DNA of 64,000 nucleotides from a virus. The position numbers and the translations under genes were made by a program. The stretch spans positions 1 to 64,000 of IMG/VR virus record IMGVR_UViG_3300006028_000001; one strand, 5' to 3'. A model generated the notes under the pieces. The model ran no database searches and was not told where the DNA came from. It saw only the letters and a program-made list of their open reading frames with translations. This document shows positions 17,289 to 26,205 of the stretch, one piece after another (positions within the stretch are counted from its first letter, which is position 1; every line of letters starts with the position of its first letter).

Positions 17289-17603
17289 ATGACCCAGACC
17301 CGACCAACCACCGAACCGGCCGCTGCGGCGACAGCACGGCAGGACGACGCGCAACGCATGCGTGACGCCGCCGGCACCCGCGCCACGGAGGATCTGCCGC
17401 ATGGGTGCCGTTGCGGCGCGCGCTGGTCCGGTTCGAACACGGCCCATTGCGGGGCACAGTGCCATCGAACTTTTTCGGGCATCCGACCCTTCGATGATCA
17501 TCGCCGCGATGGCGTGTGTGTTGATCCGGCCACGATCGGCATGTCGCTGGTACCGGGCCGCGCCTACGAGTGCTGGGGCTCCGTCGCTGAGGTGGCGACG
17601 TGA
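17289..17603 (+). CDS. FDXHR-type phage zinc-binding protein
   Basis: CRCGARWSG...AHCGAQCHRTFSGIRPFDDHR. Confidence 0.7.
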   Translation: MTQTRPTTEPAAAATARQDDAQRMRDAAGTRATEDLPHGCRCGARWSGSNTAHCGAQCHRTFSGIRPFDDHRRDGVCVDPATIGMSLVPGRAYECWGSVAEVAT

Positions 17604-18472
17604 GCGACGGCCTGCCACGTGTTGCCCACGGCTACGAGGTGACCGTGACGGTGCGTCGCCCCGATCCGCGTCACACGGCGTCCTGGTGCCGGGAGGGTGT
17701 CGCGCACGATCACCGGGCGTGCGGCCCGCTCTGGAACTCCACCGACCCGCGCGACGTCGAGGAGGCCGCACGATGGGTTGGTGATCAGATCCGTGAACGG
17801 CCTGATCGGACCGATGGCCTACACGGCCTCGCCGTTGACGCGATCCGCGAGCTACGCGCCCCGTACGGTCCGCTCGGGGATGGCTCGTTGAGGAGCGGCA
17901 GCGCGAGTGAGATCGCCGACGCTGTCCTCGCTGCCGTGCTGCCCGCCCACCGCAGCCAGGTACTCGCCGAGGCGGTCGGCAGCCTCCAGCCGGACATCGA
18001 CTGGCAGCGGCGCATGTACGGCGATGGCGCAGACCGCCTCGCGATCGGGCGCCTGGTCGGCATGGAGGATGCCCAGCAGGCGATCCGGCGTCTTGCCGAG
18101 AGCACCCCGCCGGCCGCCCGCACAGCGTCGCAGGGCGTCCAGGACGCTCCGGAGGTAGCCCAGGGCACCCCGGAGCCGCTGAGGCCACCTGAGCCCCCCG
18201 CCACCTCCGACGAGCCGACCGGTACGGGTGCCGACACCTGGCACGTCGGCCGCTCGTGGACCGGCCATCGCCTTGAGGACGGCTGCCCCTGCTCGAAGGG
18301 GGCGTGCGGGCTCGCGGCCGAACCGTTCGACCCGACCTGCCTTCAGCATCCGCAAGCGCGGGCGAAAACGATTCGGCAGGGTCATCGCGCCGCCGACTGC
18401 CCCGGCGCCGCCGCCCGCCGGGCATTCGCCGACCTCGCCGCCCAGTTCGGCGCGAAGGAGGAAACGCCGTGA
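17600..18472 (+). CDS. Hypothetical mosaic protein
   Basis: GAGG RBS; coupled; C-terminal CPC..CG..C..H motif. Confidence 0.55.
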   Translation: MSDGLPRVAHGYEVTVTVRRPDPRHTASWCREGVAHDHRACGPLWNSTDPRDVEEAARWVGDQIRERPDRTDGLHGLAVDAIRELRAPYGPLGDGSLRSGSASEIADAVLAAVLPAHRSQVLAEAVGSLQPDIDWQRRMYGDGADRLAIGRLVGMEDAQQAIRRLAESTPPAARTASQGVQDAPEVAQGTPEPLRPPEPPATSDEPTGTGADTWHVGRSWTGHRLEDGCPCSKGACGLAAEPFDPTCLQHPQARAKTIRQGHRAADCPGAAARRAFADLAAQFGAKEETP

Positions 18473-18714
18473 GTGCACAGACTCCCGTGGCCGAGCAGAT
18501 CCCCGAGAATGTCTACTTCGATGCCGCATTGGCGTTGGTCATCGCCCAAAGCACGCCGCCGATTCACCTTGAATGGACCAGGACGCAGGCCGAGCGCATT
18601 TCGCGACGTCGCGACCACCGCGCCGCTGTTGAAAGCGCCTACCGCGCTGGGCGAGGTAGAACTCAGGCCGAATCAGTGGGCCGCATGGTGCCGGACGGAG
18701 ACGACCGTGGCTGA
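18469..18714 (+). CDS. Hypothetical protein
   Basis: AAGGAGG RBS; GTGA overlap. Confidence 0.5.
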   Translation: MSAQTPVAEQIPENVYFDAALALVIAQSTPPIHLEWTRTQAERISRRRDHRAAVESAYRAGRGRTQAESVGRMVPDGDDRG

Positions 18715-18964
18715 TGGCGAATGGAGGGCTGAGATCGTGTACGACGCGGACGGCACCCAACCGCCGGTGACCCTCACTGGTGCCAGGATTTCGTCGCAGC
18801 TGCGACCCGCCGGTGATGGTTTCTGCTCCGCCTTGGTGGTCGTGTCGGACGAGGAGGACAGGACGGTGGAGGTGTTTCAGGCGGCCCGGGTGTATTCGAT
18901 CCGCAAGCGGAGGGTTGTGGCCGCCGACGGAAGCGAGGCGGCACCAACGGCACCCGGAACGTGA
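18707..18964 (+). CDS. Hypothetical protein
   Basis: GGAG RBS; overlap with upstream gene. Confidence 0.5.
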   Translation: MADGEWRAEIVYDADGTQPPVTLTGARISSQLRPAGDGFCSALVVVSDEEDRTVEVFQAARVYSIRKRRVVAADGSEAAPTAPGT

Positions 18965-19075
18965 ACCGGCCCCGGCGACTCCACCCGCCGAGGCCGACCC
19001 CCACCACACCCGACCAGGACCGACCCACGAGTGATCACCGCATGGTAGCCGCCACCAGCACATCCGGAGATCACC

Positions 19076-19759
19076 TTGACGAACGACACCCCGTCCTACC
19101 CTTTGTGCCGCACCCCGGCCTGCCGGACAACCAAGACGCCCGGATATGCCGACCGCGGGCTGTGCCAGTACCACGAAACCGCCGGCCTTGAGGCCATCGA
19201 AGCGTTGCCCGGCGACTGGGCCGACCTGCAGCCGCTGGTCTGGGACAAGGCCGACCTCGGCATGACCGACGGCGGCCTGGTGCCGTTTGGCCCCACCCTG
19301 CCGATCGACCTGGCCGCCGACGCGCTAGCCCGCGAACTGGCCTACACCGCGGTGGTGTGGGAGATCGCGGTGCGGGAGCGGGCCGGCCTGTCCGACTCGA
19401 TCGGCCAGGACGTGATGCCCGGCGGCCCGGAGCTCGCGGCCGCCGCCCGCACCCTGGCCGCGCACTACAGCGTGCTGCTCGCGCTCGGACCCGTCGACCA
19501 CGAGACGTACGACCGGCACGAGGCCACCGCCGACGGCGTCGACGCGGTCATCAACCTGACCGGGCTGCACAAGAAGGCCCGCGCCCACATCGGCGCCGAC
19601 GCCCGCACCACCAACGTCGCCGGGGTCTGCCCCAACTGCGGCGCCGAAGAACTCCGGCACCGCGACGGCGGGGACGTGCGCTGCGCTCGGTGCCGTACCT
19701 GCTGGTCGTACGAGGCGTACCTCGACTACATCGTCATCGTCCCGCTGGCGGCCGTGTGA
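19076..19759 (+). CDS. Zn-finger protein, putative late-gene regulator
   Basis: CRTPAC...GLC N-terminal and CPNC...CARC C-terminal; near the end of the early operon, just before the late leader. Confidence 0.55.
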   Translation: MTNDTPSYPLCRTPACRTTKTPGYADRGLCQYHETAGLEAIEALPGDWADLQPLVWDKADLGMTDGGLVPFGPTLPIDLAADALARELAYTAVVWEIAVRERAGLSDSIGQDVMPGGPELAAAARTLAAHYSVLLALGPVDHETYDRHEATADGVDAVINLTGLHKKARAHIGADARTTNVAGVCPNCGAEELRHRDGGDVRCARCRTCWSYEAYLDYIVIVPLAAV

Positions 19760-20151
19760 CCGGCTGGCCGTGGCCGGCCGACACCGAACTGGTACGGGCG
19801 CGGAAGGTGGCCATCGCCTACCGGGAGCATCTGCGCGCCACCAACCCGCAGGTGTGCGCCGCGCTGGATGAGGCGATGCGCGCCTACGGCCAGTTTTGGC
19901 TGCTGCCCCGGCAGGAGGTGTACGAGCCGACCCAGGCCATCACCGCCGACCTGGCCGCGGAGCTGGTGTCGCGGTCGGAGGCGATGATCCGCCGCTGGGC
20001 GTGCACTCCCCACCCGGACGAGCCGGGGCGGATGCTGCTGCCGCGGTTCGGGTGGGACGGGCCGCGGCGCACCTTCCTGGTGGCGGACGTGTTGGAGGCG
20101 GCGCGGGTGGCGAACGCCCGGCTGCGGTACCGCCGCGACACGCCGGCATGA
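19756..20151 (+). CDS. Hypothetical protein with C-terminal HTH-like DNA-binding segment
   Basis: WPWPADTELVRARKVA...; ITADLAAELVSRSEAMIRRWA. Confidence 0.55.
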   Translation: MTGWPWPADTELVRARKVAIAYREHLRATNPQVCAALDEAMRAYGQFWLLPRQEVYEPTQAITADLAAELVSRSEAMIRRWACTPHPDEPGRMLLPRFGWDGPRRTFLVADVLEAARVANARLRYRRDTPA

Positions 20152-20157
20152 CGCGAC

Positions 20158-20187
20158 TTGACGGGTCCGCGCACAGGCTGTAACACT
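20158..20187 (+). promoter_or_regulatory. Candidate housekeeping-sigma late promoter TTGACG-N17-TAACAC
   Basis: Good -35, partial -10, start of the late intergenic leader. Confidence 0.45.
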
Positions 20188-20230
20188 GGCGCGCGTCGGA
20201 GTCTGCCCAGCGCAGACCGCCTGCGACCAG

Positions 20231-20264
20231 CGCCCACCAGCCGATCCGGCCAGGTGGGCGTTTT
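20231..20264 (+). terminator. Intrinsic terminator in the late leader
   Basis: CGCCCACC...GGTGGGCG stem followed by TTTT. Confidence 0.65.
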
Positions 20265-20312
20265 CGCGTTCATGCCCCCGCCGGGGCCAGTCCCCCCGGA
20301 GGTTGACCGCCC

Positions 20313-20849
20313 GTGTCCGACGCTGCCCGCGCCGCCGCCCTGCAGTCCGCCGTCCGATTCCACGGCTACGTCGGCGACCTGGATCTGCGCTGCGGTGTGG
20401 ACGCCGGCCACACCATCGCCGCCGGCCAGATCTCCGTGCTGGACACCGCCGAGGTGTTCCTGGCCTGGCTGCGCGGCCCCGCCCACCTCGCCTTGACGGC
20501 CGGCCCGGTCGTCGACCAAACCAGCGGGCTCCCCACCGGGACCCCCATCTCTGAAGGAGTGCCCGTGCAGATCCACGACAATGAGCAGTTCGACGTCACC
20601 GTCACCGCCGAGGACGCGAAGGGTTTCGCCACCGCTGACGCGGTCACGTTCGTCTCCTCCGACGAGACGGTGTTCACCGTCGTCGCCGGCGCCGACCCGA
20701 TGACCAGCACGGTCGTCGCGGGTGTGCCCGGGTCGGCGGTGCTGACCGTGTCGGACGGCACCCTGTCGGCGACCCTGGCCGTCGATGTCGTACCGGCGGG
20801 CGCGGCGACGATCGCCCTGTCCGAGGGTCCGGTCACCGTCCAGCCGTAG
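20313..20849 (+). CDS. Protein with C-terminal Ig-like domain (possible internal start at 20564)
   Basis: VTFVSSDETVFTV...GSAVLTVSDG resembles a bacterial Ig fold; internal GAAGGAG RBS. Confidence 0.55.
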   Translation: MSDAARAAALQSAVRFHGYVGDLDLRCGVDAGHTIAAGQISVLDTAEVFLAWLRGPAHLALTAGPVVDQTSGLPTGTPISEGVPVQIHDNEQFDVTVTAEDAKGFATADAVTFVSSDETVFTVVAGADPMTSTVVAGVPGSAVLTVSDGTLSATLAVDVVPAGAATIALSEGPVTVQP

Positions 20850-20992
20850 CTCGAGCATCGGGCCGGCCGGGCCCGAGTGTGGCGCCCTTCCCCAACGGGA
20901 GCCGCCCCCGCCGGCCGGCCCGGCTGGGCGTGCGTGGCCGGTACGTCGACTGTCCGGCCACGCGCCCCAACCCCACGCCGCGGGAGGTTGCC

Positions 20993-21223
20993 GTGGCTCA
21001 CCTGTGGGCGTGGTTCACCGCCGCGGTGTGGCCGAACCTGGTGGCGTCCCTGCTGTCGCTGCCACCCGCGCTGCTCTGGCATCACATGCGGATCCGGCGA
21101 CGACTGGACGCCATCCACCGGCATGTCGCTGCGGCACCCGACGCCACCGGGGGCGGCATCGATCCCCGCAACGACCATCAACCCGCAGAGCAAGAGGGGA
21201 CTGCCCCGTGCGTGTCCAGTTAG
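20993..21223 (+). CDS. Small membrane protein
   Basis: GGAGG RBS; hydrophobic WPNLVASLLSLPPALLW segment. Confidence 0.45.
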   Translation: MAHLWAWFTAAVWPNLVASLLSLPPALLWHHMRIRRRLDAIHRHVAAAPDATGGGIDPRNDHQPAEQEGTAPCVSS

Positions 21224-21516
21224 GCAATCCGGCCGCGAAGGCGGCCTACCGCGACGAGAACGGGGAGCTGCACCACCGCGCCGTCGACGGTGCCCGCGTC
21301 ACCACCGTCGTCATCCCCGACTCGTACACGCTGGTGGATGCGGTCTCGGCGGTCCTGGCGCAGGACGGGGCGTGGAATCACCACACCCAGGGCGACAACC
21401 CGGGTGATGTGACCCCGGATTGGGTGGAGTCCGACAACGAGGCGCTTGGCACGCTGCTCGCCTCCCACTTCGGCTGCCCGGCCGGCCGGCCGGCCGACTG
21501 GGACGGGGAGGAGTGA
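21208..21516 (+). CDS. Hypothetical protein
   Basis: GAGGGG RBS; in frame within the 20785-21516 ORF. Confidence 0.6.
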   Translation: MRVQLGNPAAKAAYRDENGELHHRAVDGARVTTVVIPDSYTLVDAVSAVLAQDGAWNHHTQGDNPGDVTPDWVESDNEALGTLLASHFGCPAGRPADWDGEE

Positions 21517-21519
21517 CCG

Positions 21520-22152
21520 GTGCTTGTCAACTCGGGTAGGGATTTGCAGGCGCTGGTGATGGGCGGGGACACGACCGCTCTGGCCGGCACCGCCACCGCC
21601 ACTTCCGCGACGTCGCTCACGTCGTCCGGTTTCACCGCGAGCGCCTACATCGGGCACATCGTGGTGGCCGGCAACTCCGCGGCCACCTTCACCTACGGCG
21701 TGATCACCGCCAACACCACGACGGTGTTGACGGTGGACCGCTGGTACAACCCGGCCAGCCCGGGCGGCACGGCGGCATCCACGCCGTCGGCGACCGCGCC
21801 GTTCATCATCACCCCGTACGGAGCGGGCGCGCCGTTCATGGCGTTGACCGCGAACTCGTCGGCCGCCGCGGGCGCTGACACCACCCTCGCCGGTGAGATC
21901 ACCACCTCGGGCGGCGGGCTGATCCGCAAGCTGGCCACCTACGCGCACACCGCGGGCGTGGCCTCGTACACGTTGACCGGTGCCTACACCGCGAACGGGT
22001 CAGACTCGCTGCCCGTCACAATCGCCAAGATCGGACTGTTCTCGTCGATCACCAGCGGAACCATGGCGTTCGAGACACTGCTCAACGCCACGGCCACGCT
22101 CAGCGCCTCAGGCGACCAATTGACCGTGACCGATACGATAACTCAGTCCTAG
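21520..22152 (+). CDS. Thr/Ala/Ser-rich putative virion structural protein
   Basis: LVNSGRD..., AAGADTTLAGEITTSG...L.R, IAKIGLFSS..SGTMAFE; fibre/baseplate-anchor-like. Confidence 0.6.
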   Translation: MLVNSGRDLQALVMGGDTTALAGTATATSATSLTSSGFTASAYIGHIVVAGNSAATFTYGVITANTTTVLTVDRWYNPASPGGTAASTPSATAPFIITPYGAGAPFMALTANSSAAAGADTTLAGEITTSGGGLIRKLATYAHTAGVASYTLTGAYTANGSDSLPVTIAKIGLFSSITSGTMAFETLLNATATLSASGDQLTVTDTITQS

Positions 22153-22299
22153 TTCGTCCGGTTTCGGACGGGGGTCGTCAGGCACCGCTCGACGGTCCAT
22201 CCGTGGTGCAGTCGCAGGTACAGGGTGCCGGACTGAATCCCCAGTGCCCGCGACCACTCCGCCACGGTCATCCGCCTACCATCCCACTCCAGGATCCGG
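22149..22299 (-). pseudogene. C-terminal HTH remnant of an HNH homing endonuclease
   Basis: Minus strand reads RILEWDGRRMTVAEWSRALGIQSGTLYLRLHHGWTVERCLTTP. Confidence 0.65.
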
Positions 22300-22310
22300 A
22301 GGCGCCCGCC

Positions 22311-22838
22311 ATGCAGGTGTGGACCTACCCACTACAGCCGCAGCCGATTGCCAGCGGCACCCCCCTGGCCTCTTCGGTCACACTGACCGACATCAGCCCC
22401 GCGCCGCAGGTCGTCATCCCGGCGAACTTCCTGCAGCCCACCATGAAGATCATGGTGAAGGCGGCCTGCGTCTTTTCCAACACCTCCACGCCGACACTGC
22501 TGACCGGGGTGTACTACGGCGGGGTGGCCGGCACCGCACTGGCGGCCACGTCGGCGGTCACCACCACCACGGGCGCCACCAACTGGCCGCTGACGGTGTA
22601 CTACTACGGCCGGGTCCGCACCATCGGCTCCAGCGGCACCATCATGGGGTGGGGCTGGGTTGACCTGTCGACATCCCTGACCGCCTACACCCACCGCCCG
22701 ATCCCCGAGACGGCGCTGGCCACGGTGACGATCGACACCACCGCGGCGAAGGCGCTCACGTTGGGCGCCCAGTGGGGCACGTCGTCGTCGTCGAACACGA
22801 TCACCTGCGTCGACTTCGACGTGCAGATCGCCGGCTGA
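22311..22838 (+). CDS. Thr-rich beta-sandwich putative structural protein
   Basis: GGAGG RBS before ATG 22311; TVTIDTTAAKALTLGAQWGT. Confidence 0.6.
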   Translation: MQVWTYPLQPQPIASGTPLASSVTLTDISPAPQVVIPANFLQPTMKIMVKAACVFSNTSTPTLLTGVYYGGVAGTALAATSAVTTTTGATNWPLTVYYYGRVRTIGSSGTIMGWGWVDLSTSLTAYTHRPIPETALATVTIDTTAAKALTLGAQWGTSSSSNTITCVDFDVQIAG

Positions 22839-22883
22839 CTTCTGACCGGTTCGGAGGCAGAGTCCGACCGGCGGGGGTGAGCG

Positions 22884-25487
22884 GTGCCCACCCTCATCAC
22901 CCACTATGAGGTGTACTCAGGTGGCGTCAACAACAACACCCTGACGACGCCTAGCTTCACGCCGTCCAACGGCGAAGTCCTGGTTGTCAAGCTCAACACT
23001 TGGGACACCGCCAACGGGATGAACGCCCCCACGGGCGGCTCCCAGACCTACCAGGCCGCCCCGGGGGCGGTCGCCCCGGGCGGGTTCAACGGCTGGGTCG
23101 GCATCTGGGTGGCCACGGTCTCCGGCTCCCCCGGGTCGATGACGGTGTCGTCAGCGCCGGCCACCGCCGGCAACACCGAACATGCCATGGTGGTCGAGCG
23201 GTGGTCCGGCGCGCAGTTGGCCGCCACTCCGGTCAGTAACTCCACCACCGGCGTCAGCAGCCTGCCGCAGAACTCCCTGACCACCACGGCGACCAACAGC
23301 GTCATCTCGTGGGTCATCTCCGACGCCCAGTCGATCAACCCCGCCACCCGCGCCTACCTGCTCAGTGGCGTCGAGGACGGCCTGTTCGATGGCCACGTCG
23401 GCGCGAATGGTGTCTTCTATTTCGCGTACAGCGGCAGCGGTGCCGTCACCACGGCCGGGTCCTACACGTACGGCATGTCGGCGCCGACCGGCCAGATCTG
23501 GGTCATGGCCGGCGTTGAGGTCCAGGACAACACCCCGCCGGCCGGTGCCACCGCAACCCCGTGGGGCCAGCCCGGTCCGGCCCGGCTCTCCCCGACCGGC
23601 CGGTGGCAGCCGCAGCAGTTCCCCGCCGACGTATCGTCGGGGCCGGCCAACCTGACCCGCACCGCCGCGGACACAGCGCAGGCGGCCGACTCGGCGTCAG
23701 CGTCGGTGATCCTTGCCCGCACCGCCAGCGACACGGCCCAGGCCGGCGACACCGCCCCACGGGTCCTCGCCATCGCCCGCACCGCGGGCGACACAGCCGC
23801 CGCCAGCGATACCGCCACTCGTGCGGCCGCGGCGCTCACCCGCACGGGATCCGACACCGCCCTGGCGTCGGACACGGCTACGCGGGCAGTGGTCGAATCC
23901 CGGACAGCTACCGACGCGGCCGTGGCGACCGACACCGCCAGCCGTGCGCTGCAGGCGGCCCGTGCCGCCACTGACACCGCCCTGGCGTCCGACGCGGCGA
24001 CCCGAGCCGCCCTCAACCTCACCCGCACCGCTGCTGACGCCGCCCTCGGTTCGGATACCGCAACCCGGGCCGTCACGTTCGCACGGACGGCCACCGATGC
24101 GGCGCAGGCCATCGACACGGCTGCTAGAGCGTCAATCCTGACCCGCGCGTCGAGCGACACCGCAGCGGCCACGGACAGCGCGGTGCGTGGTCTCGCCTCG
24201 GCCCGCGCGGCCGGTGACACTGCCGCCGCAACGGACGCGGCCATCAGGGCGGCACTGGCGTTGGCCCGTACCGCGGCGGATGCCGCACAGGCGTCCGACG
24301 CGGCGATCCGCAGCCTCACGCTGGCCCGGGCACCGACCGATGCGGCCCTGATCTCCGACTCGGCCGGCCGGTCGCTCGCGACCCCCCGCAGCGCAGCCGA
24401 CGCGGCCCTGGCATCGGATGCCTCGACACGCACGCCCGGGCTGGTCCGCACGGCCAGCGATACCGCGCTGGCGTCTGACAGCGCCACCGGAACCGCAGGC
24501 GGCGGCCTGGTCCGCAGCTCCACCGACGCCGCCGACGCCGCCGACGCGGCCACCCGGCTGCTGGTCATCGCCCGGACGGCCACCGACCAGGGTCAAGCCA
24601 GCGACACCGCAACCCGGGTGCTCGCCGACACCCGCAGCGCATCGGACACCGCCGCCGCCACAGACTCGACCGCTGGCACGGTCGTCGTGGCGCGGTCGGC
24701 CGGTGACGCCGCCGCAGCGTCGGATGGAGCTACCCGCGGGGCGCTGACGGCTGCCCGCACTGGTGCCGATGCCGCGTCGGCGGCGGATTCCGCCGCCCGG
24801 CAGGTTGTCGACGTCCGTGCGGCGAGTGACGTTGCCCAGTCGCAGGACGCTGCTGTCGCCTCCGCTGGGCAGTCTGGTACCGCGAGTGACGCGGCGTCGG
24901 CTACCGATGCAGCCGCCAGGGGCGCGTTGGTCGTGGCCCGCGCCGCGCCAGACTCTGCTATCGCGGCGGACGCCGGCACGCGACTGTTCGTTCTGGTCAG
25001 GTCGACGGCGGATGCTGCGGTCGCTGTCGATGTTGCCGTTGTGCAGGGTGCCGGCGGGGTTCGGTTCCTGCCGTCGTTTGGGCGGGTGCTGACCAAGTGG
25101 CTGCTGGCGATGACCGGGGCGTTGGCCGACCAGATGTCCACCCCGGCGACGAAGTGGACCTTCGGGGGTGGCCTGTTGGCGAGCATCCCCGCGGTGTCCA
25201 CCGAGTTCGTCCGGGTTGAGGTGGCCGCCACCGCCAACGGCGTGCCGGTGGATCCCACCTCCGACACGGTGCAGATGGCGTTTCTGTCCACCTTCGCCGA
25301 ACCCGGTTCGGGTGACTGGAAGTCGGCGTCGTGGGACTCCGCCAACGGCCGCTACTACGCGCAGGCGCTGGTCGGACCCACCGGCGGCGTGGTCACCCTG
25401 GCGCCCGGCACCTGGTACGTGTGGGTCCGCATCGTGGCCAGCCCAGAAACCGTGATCCGCAACCCTGGACAGATCCAGATCACCTAA
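22884..25487 (+). CDS. Large repeat-containing putative virion fibre protein
   Basis: N-terminal beta-rich domain, 23 repeats of ~20 aa, C-terminal BppU/Ig-like domain. Confidence 0.7.
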   Translation: MPTLITHYEVYSGGVNNNTLTTPSFTPSNGEVLVVKLNTWDTANGMNAPTGGSQTYQAAPGAVAPGGFNGWVGIWVATVSGSPGSMTVSSAPATAGNTEHAMVVERWSGAQLAATPVSNSTTGVSSLPQNSLTTTATNSVISWVISDAQSINPATRAYLLSGVEDGLFDGHVGANGVFYFAYSGSGAVTTAGSYTYGMSAPTGQIWVMAGVEVQDNTPPAGATATPWGQPGPARLSPTGRWQPQQFPADVSSGPANLTRTAADTAQAADSASASVILARTASDTAQAGDTAPRVLAIARTAGDTAAASDTATRAAAALTRTGSDTALASDTATRAVVESRTATDAAVATDTASRALQAARAATDTALASDAATRAALNLTRTAADAALGSDTATRAVTFARTATDAAQAIDTAARASILTRASSDTAAATDSAVRGLASARAAGDTAAATDAAIRAALALARTAADAAQASDAAIRSLTLARAPTDAALISDSAGRSLATPRSAADAALASDASTRTPGLVRTASDTALASDSATGTAGGGLVRSSTDAADAADAATRLLVIARTATDQGQASDTATRVLADTRSASDTAAATDSTAGTVVVARSAGDAAAASDGATRGALTAARTGADAASAADSAARQVVDVRAASDVAQSQDAAVASAGQSGTASDAASATDAAARGALVVARAAPDSAIAADAGTRLFVLVRSTADAAVAVDVAVVQGAGGVRFLPSFGRVLTKWLLAMTGALADQMSTPATKWTFGGGLLASIPAVSTEFVRVEVAATANGVPVDPTSDTVQMAFLSTFAEPGSGDWKSASWDSANGRYYAQALVGPTGGVVTLAPGTWYVWVRIVASPETVIRNPGQIQIT
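23655..25050 (+). repeat. Coding tandem repeat, 23 units of 20-22 aa (R-x3-D-x5-D-x3-R)
   Basis: e.g. ARTASDTAQAGDTAPRVLAI / ARTATDAAQAIDTAARASIL. Confidence 0.9.
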
Positions 25488-25589
25488 TTACCGCCCGGTT
25501 CAAGTGGTCCGGATTCCGGGATTGGGGACTCAGGCCGGGTGGTAATCGTTCCAGTCCATCCATGACAGCGGTCGTTTTCGGGGGTTCGC

Positions 25590-26192
25590 ATGACAGACCC
25601 CGACAAGCGGTACTGCGGCGGCAAGAAGCGCCAGGGCGAGGGGACCTGCACTCGGCCACCGGGCTGGGGTACGGCCCATGCGGGCGCGGGCCGCTGCAAG
25701 CTCCACGGCGGGTCCGCGCCATCGGGGCGAGTGGCGGGGGCGACCGAACTCGCCCGCCGGGCGATGGAAACGTACGGTGTCAAGGTCGATACCAACCCCA
25801 TAGAGGCGTTGCTGGACGAGGTGCGTTGGACCGCTGGGCATGTTGCCTGGCTGCGGGAACGCGTCCAGCAGACCGAGCAGGACGCTCTGGTATGGGGACA
25901 GACCGAGGCGGTCAACAAGCAGGCCAGCGAGTACCCAGGTCTCGACACCACTGAGGCGGCCAAGCCGAACGTCTGGCTCGTGCTGTACCAGCAGGAACGC
26001 AAACACCTGGTGGATGTATGCAAGGCAGCCATCTCGGCCGGCATCGCCGAACGGCAGGTGCAGCTCGCCGAGGAACAGGGCCGCATGCTCGCCGACGTGA
26101 TCCGGGCCGTTCTCGGCGATCTCGGCCTAACTGCCGAGCAGCGCGCCAGGGCAGAGGTTGTGGTGCCGCAACGACTGCGGGCGGTCGCCTGA
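25590..26192 (+). CDS. Terminase small subunit (putative)
   Basis: CGGKKR...C...GWGT.H.G.GRCKLHGG motif; directly upstream of TerL. Confidence 0.7.
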   Translation: MTDPDKRYCGGKKRQGEGTCTRPPGWGTAHAGAGRCKLHGGSAPSGRVAGATELARRAMETYGVKVDTNPIEALLDEVRWTAGHVAWLRERVQQTEQDALVWGQTEAVNKQASEYPGLDTTEAAKPNVWLVLYQQERKHLVDVCKAAISAGIAERQVQLAEEQGRMLADVIRAVLGDLGLTAEQRARAEVVVPQRLRAVA

Positions 26193-26205
26193 GCGGGTGA
26201 GCGCG

